64,000 nucleotides of DNA, taken from Leucoraja erinacea. Its lineage: Eukaryota. Under the pieces are notes generated by a model. The model was not told where the DNA came from and did no database searches. It saw nothing but the letters and a program-made list of their open reading frames with translations. The stretch is from positions 3,782,001-3,846,000 of the forward strand of contig NC_073405.1 of assembly GCF_028641065.1 (NCBI RefSeq). The letters run 5' to 3'. Each line of letters begins with the position of its first letter. Positions within the stretch are counted from its first letter, which is position 1. Position numbers and translations under genes: made by a program. Of the stretch, positions 1 through 12,700 are shown in pieces.

Positions 1-140
1 CAAAAGGTGCTGGAGAAACTCAGCGGGTGCAGCAGCATCTAAGGAGTGAAGGAAATAGGCAACGTTTCGGGACGAAACGTTGCCTATTTCCTTCGCTCCT
101 TAGATGCTGCTGCACCCGCTGAGTTTCTCCAGCACCTTTG
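1..140. repeat. Penelope pLTR-derived fold-back (near-perfect ~140-bp palindrome)
   Basis: caaaaggtgctggagaaactcagcggg...aacgtttcgggacgaaacgtt...cccgctgagtttctccagcacctttg. Confidence 0.85.
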
Positions 141-1589
141 TCTACCAAAGAAAACAGGTGCAGGAGTAGGCCATTCGGCCCTTCAATATGATCATGGCTG
201 ATCATCTAAAATCAATACCCCGTTCCTGCTTTTCCCCCCATATCCCTTGATTCCTTTGGCCCTAAGAGCTAAATCGAACTCTCTCTTGGAAAGTGAAAAT
301 TGAAGAAACATGGGTGGGGGTGTCTTACCTTCCATGCCCCAAACACGGCTGCAGGAGCCCCCCCCCCCCACCAGGAACAAAGGCTGAAGAGGGCCGTGCA
401 AGGAGAGGGACAATGGTTTGCAGGACGACCGGAATGGTGGTGACAGCTGCAACGGAACTTTGTGTCCAGCTGATACTGGTGGGGCTGTAAAATGGCACCT
501 CTTGCTTACAGATGGACTGTTCTGGCCATTATGTATTAACTGGAGCACTGTGCCTATGTGTGGTGATATTCTGGCTGAGCTGCATTTCACTGTACCTTGG
601 TACATGTGATATTAAATAATCAATTAAACCATAAAACAAGAATATGAACTAATTTTTTTAAAAATGTCACCAGTGTACTGATCAACTCTCTTAGCTGAAC
701 ACAATTAAACTCTAAAGATAGACACAAAATGCTGGAGTAACTCAGCGGGACAGGCAGCATCTTTGGAGAGAAGGAAGGGGTGACTTTTTGGATCGAGACT
801 TTTCTTCAGGCTGACGTGTATAAAATCATGAGAGGAATAGATCGGGTAGATGCGCAGAATCTCTTGCCCAGAGTAGGGGAATCGAGGACCAGAGGACATA
901 GGTTCAAGGTGAGGGGGAAAAGATTGAATAGGAATCTAAGGGGTAACTCATTCCACACAAAGGGTGGTGGATGAATGGAAAAAGCTGCCAGAGGAGGTAG
1001 TTGAGTCTGAGACTATCCCAACGTTTAAGAAACAGTTAGACAGATACATGGATAGGACAGGTTTGGAGGAATATGGTTCAAGCAGGTGGGACTAGTGTAG
1101 CTGGGACAGGTTGGCCACTGTGGGCTACTTGGGCCGAAGGGCCTGCTTCCACACTGTATCACTCTATGACTCTATGAATACACCAAATTCAAAAAGACAA
1201 CAAAACATTTTCATTTCTCTACATTTGGTTAACAACCATCGTTAGTTTTATTAAGTACCTTCTTGAAAGTAATTACTAGGTTTCGACTTGAATACCTGAC
1301 CTCTATTCTTGGTTTGATAAGATACAAGGGAGTCTTCTCATTCTATAACAACAGTCTCCACCCAACACACAAACTAATCTTTTCTTTTTCATCCCAATTG
1401 CTCTGTGTATTTCAGCATTTTCTACATTCCTGTTTTTTTTTTAACCTCTTGCAGATTAGTATAATTGTTGAGGGCAAACTACTCTTTAAAATATTTATTT
1501 TCCGTTTCTTATGTCTTTTTCAGCCAAGGTTTAAATATTTCTGTGCCAATACATACTTTGTCTCAATTCATTTAACCATCCAAACATGC

Positions 1590-2520
1590 TGGAGTAGTTT
1601 GAGATCGAGAAGCAGGTGATACTGAGGCTTTTGAAGAACATTAAGGTGGATGCGTCCCCAGGGCCTGATGAGATCTGTCCCAGGTTATTGAGGGAGGCAA
1701 GAGAGGAAATTGCATGGGCCTTGACAAGGATCTTTGTTTCTTCTCTAGCCAAAGGCGAGGTTGCGGAGGACTGGAGAGTGGCCAACGCCAAAGATCCTAT
1801 AGCAAGATAGACCACTCCTGCTAAATGCAATGGGCTGACGTGTAGTACGCAACGGAACGGAACTTGGGCCTTTTTTTCATCCATTTCCGTAACCGGACCG
1901 GACCCGACCTGACCCGACCCGACTCGCAGTGTAATCAACGTTGCGGGGGAACAGTTTGTGTTAATAAATTATAATTCTGAAAATGAGGAGAAGATTTCTC
2001 CCAAATAAATTTTATTTTTACGAGGATGTTTCAGTAACCGGCTTCCATCTCCGCACTAGTATCTTTGCTCCACTACGGGATCTTTGGTACGGAGACGGAA
2101 GCCGGTTACGGAAATGGGGCCGAAAATTACCCATGAATCTGCCCATGACCGTACTGCATCTTTTTTGTTGAGTGGACTATCTTGCTCGCTATAGGATCTT
2201 TGGCCAACGCTGTTCCTTTATCTAAGAAAGGAGCGTGGAGAGAATCCAGGGAACCATAGGCCAGTGAACCTCAAGTCAGTGGTCGGGAAACTAGTGGTCG
2301 AGAAAGGGCTAATTACGGATTGTCAGCACGGTACACAGCAGGTCATGTCTCCATATTTGAGTTTTTGAGGTGGTGACATTGATGACTGTATGGTGGTGAA
2401 TGTTGAACACGTGGATTTTAGTAAGGCTTTTGATAAGGTCCCTCATGGTAGGTTGATCCAGAAGATTAAGATGTACGGAATTCACAATGACTTGGTCATA
2501 TGGATTCAGAACTGACATTC
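1590..2520 (+). mobile_element. CR1 LINE ORF2 internal fragment, interrupted by the P-like MITE
   Basis: SPGPDEICPRLLRE...EDWRVAN|AVPL..KG continues across the MITE. Confidence 0.8.
1789..2202. mobile_element. Non-autonomous DNA transposon, P-element-like, 414 bp
   Basis: TIR CAAAGATCCTATAGC ... GCTATAGGATCTTTG; exact 8-bp TSD GCCAACGC (1781-1788, 2203-2210); splits a CR1 ORF2 fragment. CANRG ends with a 7-8 bp TSD fit the P superfamily. Confidence 0.8.
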
Positions 2521-3150
2521 ATAGAAACACAGAAAATAGGTGCAGGAGGAGGCTATTTGGCACTTCGAGCCAGCACCGCCATTCATTGTGATCATGGCTG
2601 ATCATCCCCAATCAATAACCCGTGCCTGCCTTCTCCCCGTATCCCTCGATTCCACTAGCCCCTAGAGCTCTATCTAACTCTCTCTTAAATCCATCCAGTG
2701 ATTTGGCCTCCACTGCCCTCTGTGGCAGGGAATTCCACAAATTCACAACTCTCTGGTTAAAAACTTTTTTTTTCACCTCAGTCTTAAATGGCCTTCCTTT
2801 TATTCTAAGACTGTGGCCCCTGGTTCTGGACTCATCCAACATTGGGAACATTTTTCCTGCATCCAGCTTGTCCAGTCCTTTTATAATTTTATATGTCTCT
2901 ATAAGATCCCCCCTCATCCTTCTAAACTCCAGTGAATACAAGCCTAATCTTTTCAATCTTTCCTCATATGACAGTCCCACCATCACAGGAATCAATCTCG
3001 TGAACCTACGCTGCACTGCCTCAATCACAAGGATGTCCTTCCTCAAATTAGGAGACCAAAACTGTGCACAATACTCCAGATGTGGTCTCACCAGAGCCCT
3101 ATACAACTGCAGAAGAACCTCTTTATTCCTATACTGAAATCCTCTTGTTA
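2521..3150 (-). mobile_element. CR1-clade LINE 3' end (ORF2 C-terminus plus tail)
   Basis: LYRALVRPHLEYCAQFWSP...RRMRGDLIETYKI...GYGEKAGTGY. Confidence 0.9.
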
Positions 3151-3151
3151 T

Positions 3152-3288
3152 ACACGGTGAGTGATGGAATCTTATGTTGGGGAACGGGTTGCGTTGGGGG
3201 ACCGGGCCTCCCGTGGGGGCTATGGGTGAGTGAGTGGTGGATTATTGCGTTGGGGGACAGGGCGCAACCGGGTCCCACTTGGTCTAGT
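3152..3288 (+). mobile_element. Possible Helitron/Helentron-type 3' terminal fragment
   Basis: GC-rich with internal repeats, ends GGGTCCCACTTGGTCTAG|T before a TA-rich tract; classification tentative. Confidence 0.35.
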
Positions 3289-3627
3289 TATATATAAATA
3301 TACATGCATACACATATGTATGAAAATATACGCATATTGTCACTGGTTCTCGATTCTAGATCTTGCTGTCTAACTGCACCAGAAGGATTGCAGCAGTTTA
3401 GGGCAATTGCATATCGCCATTGTTCCTGGGTAAGTAGAAATGAGGAATAAAGGCTGGCCTGACAGGCAATGTCCAGTCCCCAAAATTGAATATAATAAAG
3501 GCGGCAAGGTGCAGCAACGGTGAACTATCTGGTGGCAATAATGAATCTCCTTGAGCTCTCTCTCCATTTTTGTTTAAAGTTTTACCAATTGTTTCATCGT
3601 CACATGAAGACAAATAATGGCACCTAC

Positions 3628-3705
3628 CGACTGTGCACGCTACGAAGTAGATTCTTGAGGCCTGCACCTGAATATCAAACCGGTGGCAGTATGCCACCAG
3701 CATTC
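3628..3705 (-). CDS. SPPL2B: SPPL2B exon 13 GMLVAYCHRFDIQVQASRIYFVACTV
   Basis: 78 nt, cag/ ... /gtaggt. Confidence 0.95.
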
Positions 3706-6700
3706 CTGTAAAGAAGACACAACAGATAGTGTCACTTGCAGTTTTGGACAAGGAAAGAGGAGTCAACTTTAATTACAATAAAGAGCAAAAAGAATGTCAG
3801 TATAATGCACACCAGGCAAGTCTGACAGTTTTTGTAAAATTGCAACACACTCTCCATGCGAGAACAAAGTCTCAGTGAATCACCGAGTGACTGTGCCAAA
3901 GCGAGACGCCACCAAAGTCAGACGCCACATGATACGTGGGCACACAAGAATCCGCACATGCTGGAATCATGAGCAAAGGGCGGAACGATAGCGCAGCGGT
4001 AGAGTTGCTGCCTCACAGAGCCAGAGACCCGGGTTCGATCCTGACTATGGGGGCTGTCTGTACGGAGTTTGAACCTTCTCCCCGTGACCCGCATGGGTTT
4101 TCTCCAGTGCTCCGGTTTCTTCATACACTCTAAAGACATACAGGTTTGTAGGTTCATTGGCTTTGGTAAAAATTCTAAATTGTCCCTAGCGCGTAGGATA
4201 GGGTTAGTGTATGGGGGTTGCTGGTCGGCACGAACTCGGTGGGCTGAAGGGCCCATTTCCGCGCTGTATCTCTAAACTAAACTAAGTGTCGGAGGAACCC
4301 AGCGGGTCTGGCAGGGAATGGACAGGCGGTTGAAGGGGCTGGCGATATCCCAGGGTCAAAACGTCGTCTGTCCATTTCCTCCACAGATGCTACCTGACCC
4401 GCTAAATTCCACCAATATTTTGTTCCCTGCTCAGCGCTTGAGATCCGACAATCATTTAATCCGAAAAAAACCCTAAACAAACGGTTCTTTGTTTTAAAAT
4501 CAAACAAATAAGATTCCAGAGTTCAGAAGAAAATGATTTACCTGGTATTAAGACATCACCAAAGCCAAGGAGGGAGAAGGGTCTGTCACACAACGCCAGA
4601 GGCGAGGAATTCAACCGAGGCACCTTCAATACCATTGGGAGCTAAGATTAAACAACAATCTCATCAACAATACAAATCATTGCATTCTACTACAGAAGGA
4701 CATTATTTGCCACTTACTCAGTCTAAAACATTTAATCCTTGTCTGTAACTACCCTAATCAATGCAATTTCCTCCAGCATTGAAAACAAGCAACAAATCAT
4801 TTGTGCAAATTTGTACCCAATATGGAGCAACAGATGAACTGCGGATGTTACGAAAATAGGTGGAGGGGGGCAGATCATGTAGAGAAAGCAGGGACTCTGC
4901 AGAAGGACGGACAGGTTGGAAGAGTGGATAGAGAAGTGGCAGATGGAATATAGTTTAGCAAAGTGTGGAGACATGCATTTTGATAGTAGGAATAAAGGTG
5001 TAGACTATTTTCTAAATGGGGAGAGAATCCAGAAATCGGAGGTGCAAAGGGTCTTGGTGCAGGATTCCCAAAAAGTTAATCTGCAGGTCGAATCGGTAGT
5101 AAAGAAAGCAAACTCAATGCTAGCATTTATTTCAAGAGGGCTTGTATATAAAAACAGGGATGTAATGCCGAGACTCTATAAGGTCACGCCGCATTTGGAA
5201 TATTGTGAGCAGTTTTGGGCACCATATCTGAGGAAGGATGTGCTGGCTCAGGAGAGGGTCCAAAGAAGGTTTACAAGCTTGATCCCAGGAATGAGTAGGT
5301 TAACCTATGATGAGCGTTTGTCGGCACTGGTACTCGCTGGAGTTTAAAAGAATGAGGGGGAACTCATTGAAACACACAGAATAGTGAAAGGCTTGGATAG
5401 AGTGGATGTGGGAGAGTCGAGGACTAGAAGTCACAGCCTCAGAATTAAAGGACATTCTTTTAAGAAGGAGATGGAAACACCATACAGAGTTCAGAACAGG
5501 GAATATTTGAAGGTAGACAAAAATGCGGGAGAAACTCAGCAGGTGAGGCAGCATCTATGGAGGGAAGGAATAGGTGACATTTCTGGTCGGGACCCTTCTT
5601 CAGTCTCAACCCGAAACGTCACCTATTCCTTTGCTCCATAGATGCTGCCTCACCCGCTGACTTTCTCCAGCATTTTGGTGTATCTTCGATTTTTCCAGCA
5701 TCTGTAGTTCTTTCTTAAACAGGAGGATATTTGGTCTCTTTTCCACTGTACCTTCTCATGAGTGGAGAAATCAGAAGGTCCAGCAGCCACTTCCACCATG
5801 ATGCTCTCCCCACTCTGAAACACAGACACTTGCTCTTTAGAAAGACATCGTGACCTCAAAACTTAAACAACTCTTTCAAATGTTTGGAAACGGGTCAGAA
5901 CAAATATTTTGGATGCAGCAGATTTGCCACCCTGTTCCCATAAACTGGGTACAATGGCCCGGAGATTATATTACCCGACTAGTCTCCGAGAGGTGTGAAT
6001 ATACAGGTGAGGAATTTAAGTTCTTGCAAGTATATCGTTAACCAAGAAACTAAAAGATGGTTGTACAAGATCAAATCAAACAAAATGCTCAGCTTGGCGG
6101 GTACAGCAGCATCTATGGAGCGAAGGAAATAGGCAACTTTTCGTGAAACGTTGCCTATTTCCTTCACTCCATAGATGCTGCTGCACCCGCTGAGTTACTC
6201 CAGCATTTTTCTCTACCTTCGATTTTCCAGCATCTGCAGTTCCTTCTGAAACAAAATGCTCAGCTTGCCAGGCATCATCTGTTGGGAGGCAGAGTTAGTG
6301 TTTCCTGCTGGTTGCCTTTCATCAGAAATTCCCCAGCGGAGGCCAAGTCAGTGGATATTTTTAAGGCAGAGGTAGGCAAATTCTTGATGAGAACGGGTGT
6401 CAAGGGATATGGGGAGAAGGCAGGAAAATGGGATTAGGAGGCAGAGATAGATCGACCATATTTGAATGGCGGAGCAGACTCGATGGGCCGAATGGCCTAA
6501 TTCTATAACTTGTGAATACCGTGACATTAATATTGCCGAGCCATGGGCCTGCACAGAACTCTGAAGAAAACTAAACTAAAATAAACAGTGCCACACTAAT
6601 TATGGATTACACAGAAAAGCTTTCAACTTACCCGAGTGAGAAACGGAGTTATGAAAACAAAGAAAATATCGTACACAAAGAGAACCACCAGCAGTAATGT

Positions 6701-9700
6701 GCAAGCCTGGAATAAATAAACAGTGCCATTAGAATCTATGAACAGATAATACAGGAACTAATAATAAACAATAGACACTGAGTCCAATATAAACACATTC
6801 CACAGGCATTAAACAATAGGTCAATTACATTCTATTTAGATAGAATTTAAAGCACATCTTAATAGACTTGACGGGCTTGATGGAATAAACATGATGGGCT
6901 GATTGACATTCTTAAACTGGAAGATTCAATCAGTCTTTAGCAATTATGTTCCATTGAGGGCGGCGCGGTGCCGCAGCGGCAATGCCGAAGACGCGGGTTC
7001 GATCCTGACTACGGGAGCTGACATACGGAGTTTGTACGTTCTCCCCGTGACCTGCGTGGGTTTTCACCAAGACCTTTGGTTTATTCCCACACTCCAAAGA
7101 CGTACAGGTTTGTAGGTTAATTGGCTTGGTGTTAATGTAAAAATTGTCCCTAGTGTAGGTAGGGTAGTGTCAATGTGCAGGGGCCAATGTGCCGGGGCGG
7201 ACTCGGTGGGCCAAAGGGCCGGTTACCGCGTTGTTTCTCCAAACTAAACCAAATTTGGTTCAGTAGAATACAATGGTATTCTGTTGGTTCACATGCTTGA
7301 TCAATGGTGTTTTATCATTAATATCTTATTATTATTATTAATGTTTAGTGTTTTCTGAGTCATTCGTAACTGTCACTGTATGTCATGTTGTTACTTGTGG
7401 GAGGAGCACCAAGGCAAATTCCTTGTATGTCAATACTTGGCCAATAAACTTACTTACTTACTTACATTTAATATTTGTCCAAATATTAATATGTATCAAG
7501 AGACCGTCAGCAAATTCAAAGCAATGTGAGTTCATCAGGTGAAACAAGTGATTGAACTTTACATAAGATTGATTTAAAAACTAAGTTTCCCCTTTGTATA
7601 TTGATTATTTTTAACGTTTTGAACTCCAGATTTCCCAACAAGGAACCACTTTCAGATCACCAATGCTCTGCTCTGGCCAGTACAATGCTGGTCAGATTGC
7701 CAGTTGTGCAGTGTAATCTCGGATGGCAAGTGTCGCCAGGTACAGTCAAGCATGGTGGGTTCAGCCTCTCCACAGCTAGAGTCCAGTACCACCGAGCAGG
7801 AGTCAAGATAAGGAACTCTGGCTGGTCTATGCTAGTCCAGGGACACTTAAACAAATAGAACATAGATACAAAATGCTGGAGTAACTCAGAGTAACATGAG
7901 AGCAGGAATGGGTGACAAAGAAGGGTCTTAACCTGAAACGTCACCCATTCTTTCTCTCCAGAGATGCTGCCTGTCCCACTGAGTTACTCCAGTAATTTGT
8001 ATCCATCTTCGGTTTAAACCAGCATCTGCAGTTCCTTCCTACATAGAACAGTAAAGCAGAGGAACAGGCCCTTTGGCCCACAAAGTCTGTACTGATAACA
8101 ATGCCTAATTAAACTAATCCTTTATCCTGTACCTTTACACTGTGGACGTCTTGATTGCAATCATGTATTTTAGAGTGATACAGTGTGGAAACAGGCCATT
8201 CGGGCCAACTCACCCACACCAGCCAACAATGTCCAAGGTGGGTGTGTGGAACTAGCTGCCAGAGAAAGTAGTTCGTTAAGGCTGGGACTATACCAACGTT
8301 TAAGAGACAGTTAGTTTTAAGAAGGAACTGCAGATGCTGGAAAATCGAAGGTAGATAAAAGTGCTGGAGAAACTCAGCGGGTGCAGCAGCATCTATGGAG
8401 CGAAGGAAATGGGCAACGTTGCCTATTTCCTTTGCATCGTAGATGCTGCTGCACCCGCTGAGTTTCTCCAGCAATTTTGTCTACCTTTAAGAAACAGTTA
8501 GACAGGTACATGGATAGGACAGGTTTGGAGGGATATGGACCAAACGCTGGCAGGTGGGACTAGTGAAGCTGGGACATGATGGCCGGTGTAGGCAAGTTGG
8601 GCCGAAGGGCCTGTTTCCACACTGTACCACTCTATGACTCTACAAGTGCAAACTGTAGAGCAGCAAGAGCAAGCCAGCCTGGTGCCCAGCATAACAAGCA
8701 GGTAACAGATTTGCACTGTGTCATCATCTCTGGACCTTCCTGCCCAACCAACGAAAATGACTGGAGAGGCATTACGTCAAAAACATAGATCAAAGCTACG
8801 GTTATGACTTTACAATGGCTGACCTCCACCCAGTGTAGTCCCAAGGTTGATACATGATCTGCCACTGTTGCCAGTAGAAGGCCAATAACAATGATCACTA
8901 TAACAGGCTTCCCCTGAAACGCTTGGTTTTATCACCAGCATGTAGTCATTGTCTAATCCTTTTGTATGCATGACAACAATCCAGTACTCTAAACACATAT
9001 ACATAACCTTGTAAGAAGAAAAAAAAGGCATACCATACAAACTAGGCATCCCTGAAAGATGGAAGTTTAGTTTAGAGATACAGCCTGGAAATAGGCCCTT
9101 CGGCCCATCGAGTCCATGCCCACCAAAGATCACCTGAACAATAGTTCTATCCTACACTCTGGGAACAATCTACAGAAACCAATTAACCAACAAAACTAGA
9201 CGCAAAATGCTGGAGTAACTCAGCGGGACAGTCAGCATCTCTGGATAGAAGGAATGGGCGATGTTTCGGGTCGAGGCCCTTCTTCAGACCGCTTCAGGTC
9301 TTGACCCGAAACGTCACCCATTCTTTCTATCCAGAGATGCTGCCTGTCCCGCTGAGTTACTCCAGCATTTTGTGTCTATCTTCAGTAAACTAGCATCTGC
9401 AGTTCCTTCCTGCACATTAAACCTACAAATCTGTACGTCTTTGGAATGTGGGACGTCAGAGCACTTGGGGGAAATTTCATGTGCTCACAGGGAGAACGTA
9501 CAAACTCCGTAAGGGCAGCACCCGCAGTCTGGATGGAACCCAGGTCTGTGGTGCTGTAAGCAACAACTCTAGCGCTGCACCACCATCCCGCCCCAAAGTG
9601 TAAACGTCGTGCTTGTCAGGGCTGCATGAGCCTATAATCTGTAGTTGGCGCCACCTAGTAGTTTAAAGAGAAATTTCTGTAAACAGGTTGCTAATTAAAC

Positions 9701-12700
9701 TCTCAATATCAGAGATCTGAGAAACTGACTACAGTTTAAATGTGCAAGTTGAAGAAAGATTTCTGAATTGTTTTAATAGTCATAGAGTGATACAGCCGGT
9801 AAACAGGCCCTTCGGCCCAACTTGCCCACAAGGGCCAGCATGTCCCAACTAGTCCCACCTGCCCGCGTTTGGTCCATATCGCTCCAAATCTATCCTATCC
9901 AGGTACTTGTCTAACTGTTTCGTTAACATTGGGATAGTCCCAGCCTCCACAACCTTCTAGGGCAGCTTGTTCCATACGCCCACCACCCTTTGTGTGGAAA
10001 AGGTTACACTCGGATTTCTATTAAATCTTTTCCCTTTCACCTTAAACCTAGCCCTCGATTCATCTACTCTGGGCAGCGACTGGGGAGGGCTCGGGGAGGC
10101 CCCGACCACGGGTGAACATTAGAGGAAGAAGATCGACTTTGGTGCCTTCCCTCACAGTGGGAAACTTTGATTCTGCTGTGTGGGGATGTTTTATGTTGAA
10201 TTCTATCAACTCTATGTTGTGTTATTTATTTTTACTGTCTGGCTGTATGGTGATTGCATTTCACTGTGCCAACCGGCACATGTGACAAATAAATGTATCT
10301 TGTATAATCTACCCAATCTATTTCTCTCAAGATTTTATGTACCTCCATAAGATCAAGTAAGGGAAGAGAATAGCTGCTCTTACTCTTACCCATATCACAA
10401 CCAATACATTTGCTGCAGTACTGATTAGCAAGTCTACCACTAATCCAGGGGCATCCGACTCATGGCAAAGAATGACAGACCACCTCTCTCTCTCTTGCTT
10501 CTCCTCATGTTAAATGGAAAAAGTTAAGTTTCCCTGCGCGTTGTAACTGTTCCAAGCGGAGATCAGCCTTGGTCACTTAACACAAGATGTAGTCCTCGTA
10601 CACAAATAAATTAGGTTCATCACTTGAACCTGCCGTGGCTTGGAGTACAATGCATTACCAGCTTCGTTCACTCCTTCCATCCGGGGAGGTCGAAGCAGCT
10701 AACCACCTCAGTACTGAAACAGTTCTTAGTTCACAATCGACAACTTTAATAGTAGCATGGAAGTTGCAGTTGCTGGGAGAGGGGGTATAAAATCAATTGG
10801 AAAAAGGGTCTGTTGATGGGACACATGCATTAGATAATGGACAAAGGTTTTTGCAAGGTAAAATATACAAGGATTTTTTTTTTCCCCCCCCAACAGGAAT
10901 CAACAAGTTCAACCAAGAATCAGTGCAATTTTGGGATGTTCTGTAAACATTGCTGCAAAGTCCAGTCAATGAATAATGTACATATCCGACAGAGGGAGTA
11001 ATGGGATAGTAGACTAACATTACATCACAATTGGTTAATATTCATGGAACACAGGTCACAGTACCTTGAATGTTGGCAGTCTGATTGTTTTCAACATGTA
11101 AAGGCAAAATGCAATTCCTAGAGTGTCTTGTAAAATCCATGCCCACCTGTAAAATAAAGTCTGTTCAGTGCCTCAAAACTCAAGGGCTGGAGAGTGCAGG
11201 GCCTGTAGGGCCTGTACCACTTACGTGATTTTCCCGGCGGGGTGACTCCTGTACGGTTGTGAGTGGTCGCCCTAAAGAGTCGTACTTTTCTCTGGCCTCC
11301 GCTGGATTTTCAACAGGTTGAAAATTTTCAGCCACCTGCTGCGACTATGACGGGTGCCGCCGGCAAGTCACCGAAAACTTCACATAAGTGGGACAGGCCC
11401 TTGATTTATTGCATATCTCAACAACGTAACTAATGATATTATTCAGTACAATAACGCTGTACACTGAGTAACCAACGATATTATTCAGTGCAGTAATGTT
11501 GTACATCAGCTCAGACTAACCTTGGTCACTGAAGCATCGAAGATATGCATTTAAGAATATATCGTGAAATGTCTTCAATTAATTTTGAAGGTGGTAAGTT
11601 ACTCTTTGAACAAAGTAAAACCAGGAAGTATAAACTAACACTCTGTGAGTCTCGACCTGAAACATCACCCATTCCTTCTCTCCAGAGATGCTGCCTGTTC
11701 CGCTGAGTTATTCCAGCTCTTTGTGTCTATCTTCTAGCATCTGCAGTTCCTTCTTAAACAATAGATGCATGTTTGTAATAGTCAATTGGTGCAGGAGTAG
11801 GCCATTTGGACCTTCGAGCCAGCACCGCCATTCACTGTGCTCATGGCTGATCATGCACAATCAGTACCCCGTTCCTGCCTTCTACCCATATCCCTTGATT
11901 TCGCTATCTTTAAGAGCTCTATCTAACTCTCTCCAGAGAATTGGCCTCCACTGCTTTCTATGGCAAAGAATTCCACAGATTCACAACCCTGTGAATCAGA
12001 GAATTCCAGATTCACAAAAAAAGTGTTTCCTCATCTCCGTTCTAAATGGCTTACCCCTTATTCTTAAACTGTGGCCCTTGGTTCTGGACTCCCCCATCAT
12101 CGGGAACATGTTTCCTTCCCTCCAAACCCTTAATAATCTTATATGTTTCAATAAGATCCCCTCTCCTCCTTCTAAATTCCAGAGTATACAAGCCCAGCCG
12201 CTCCATTCTATCAACATGACAGTCCCGCCATCCTGGGAATTAACCTCGTGAATCGACACTGCACTCCCTCAATAGCAAGAATGTCCTTCCTCAAATAGAA
12301 ACAGAAAAGATTGCAGGTGCTGGAATGTAGAGCAAAAAAATTGCTGGGAGGAACTCAGCAGCTCTGGCTACATCAGTTGGGTTATCAATGAGTTGGTTTA
12401 TCAATTGTTTCAATCTATCAACTGGTTTAGGAATCATCAATGTTTTAGGTGAAGATCTTGCATGAGTGTGGGGAGGGGAGATACCTGGTAGTAAGAGGAG
12501 AGGGAGGATGAAACAGGGACATGTGGACTGGGTGATAGGTGGACTGAGGGAGGGTGAGGGATGATGGGCAGACAAAATCATAATTCATAGAACTTTAATG
12601 TCAGGGGCTACAGAGCACCAAAGAGAAAAAAATATATCCTTGAACATGCAGGAAATATTACGAGAAATCTGTAAACAAGCAAGTTCAGAGCTTAAGCAGT

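Noticed and set aside
2622-3137. 171-aa and similar hydrophobic ORFs antisense to CR1 fragments
   Set aside because: Shadow frames of LINE ORF2.
3370-3567. ORF containing GQPLFLISTYP, resembling the SPPL GQPALLYLVP motif
   Set aside because: No PAL motif, no preceding YGxGL TM helix and no convincing splice sites; real exon 14 is probably outside the window.
3978-4060. tRNA-like A/B boxes here and in about ten other places
   Set aside because: They are heads of SINEs that continue into the SINE body and tail, not tRNA genes.
8632-8898. Hydrophobic ORF with ALIYVFDV, vaguely like the SPPL YD helix (possible duplicated exon 10)
   Set aside because: Lacks YD and the FFVFITP context, and has no matching splice sites.
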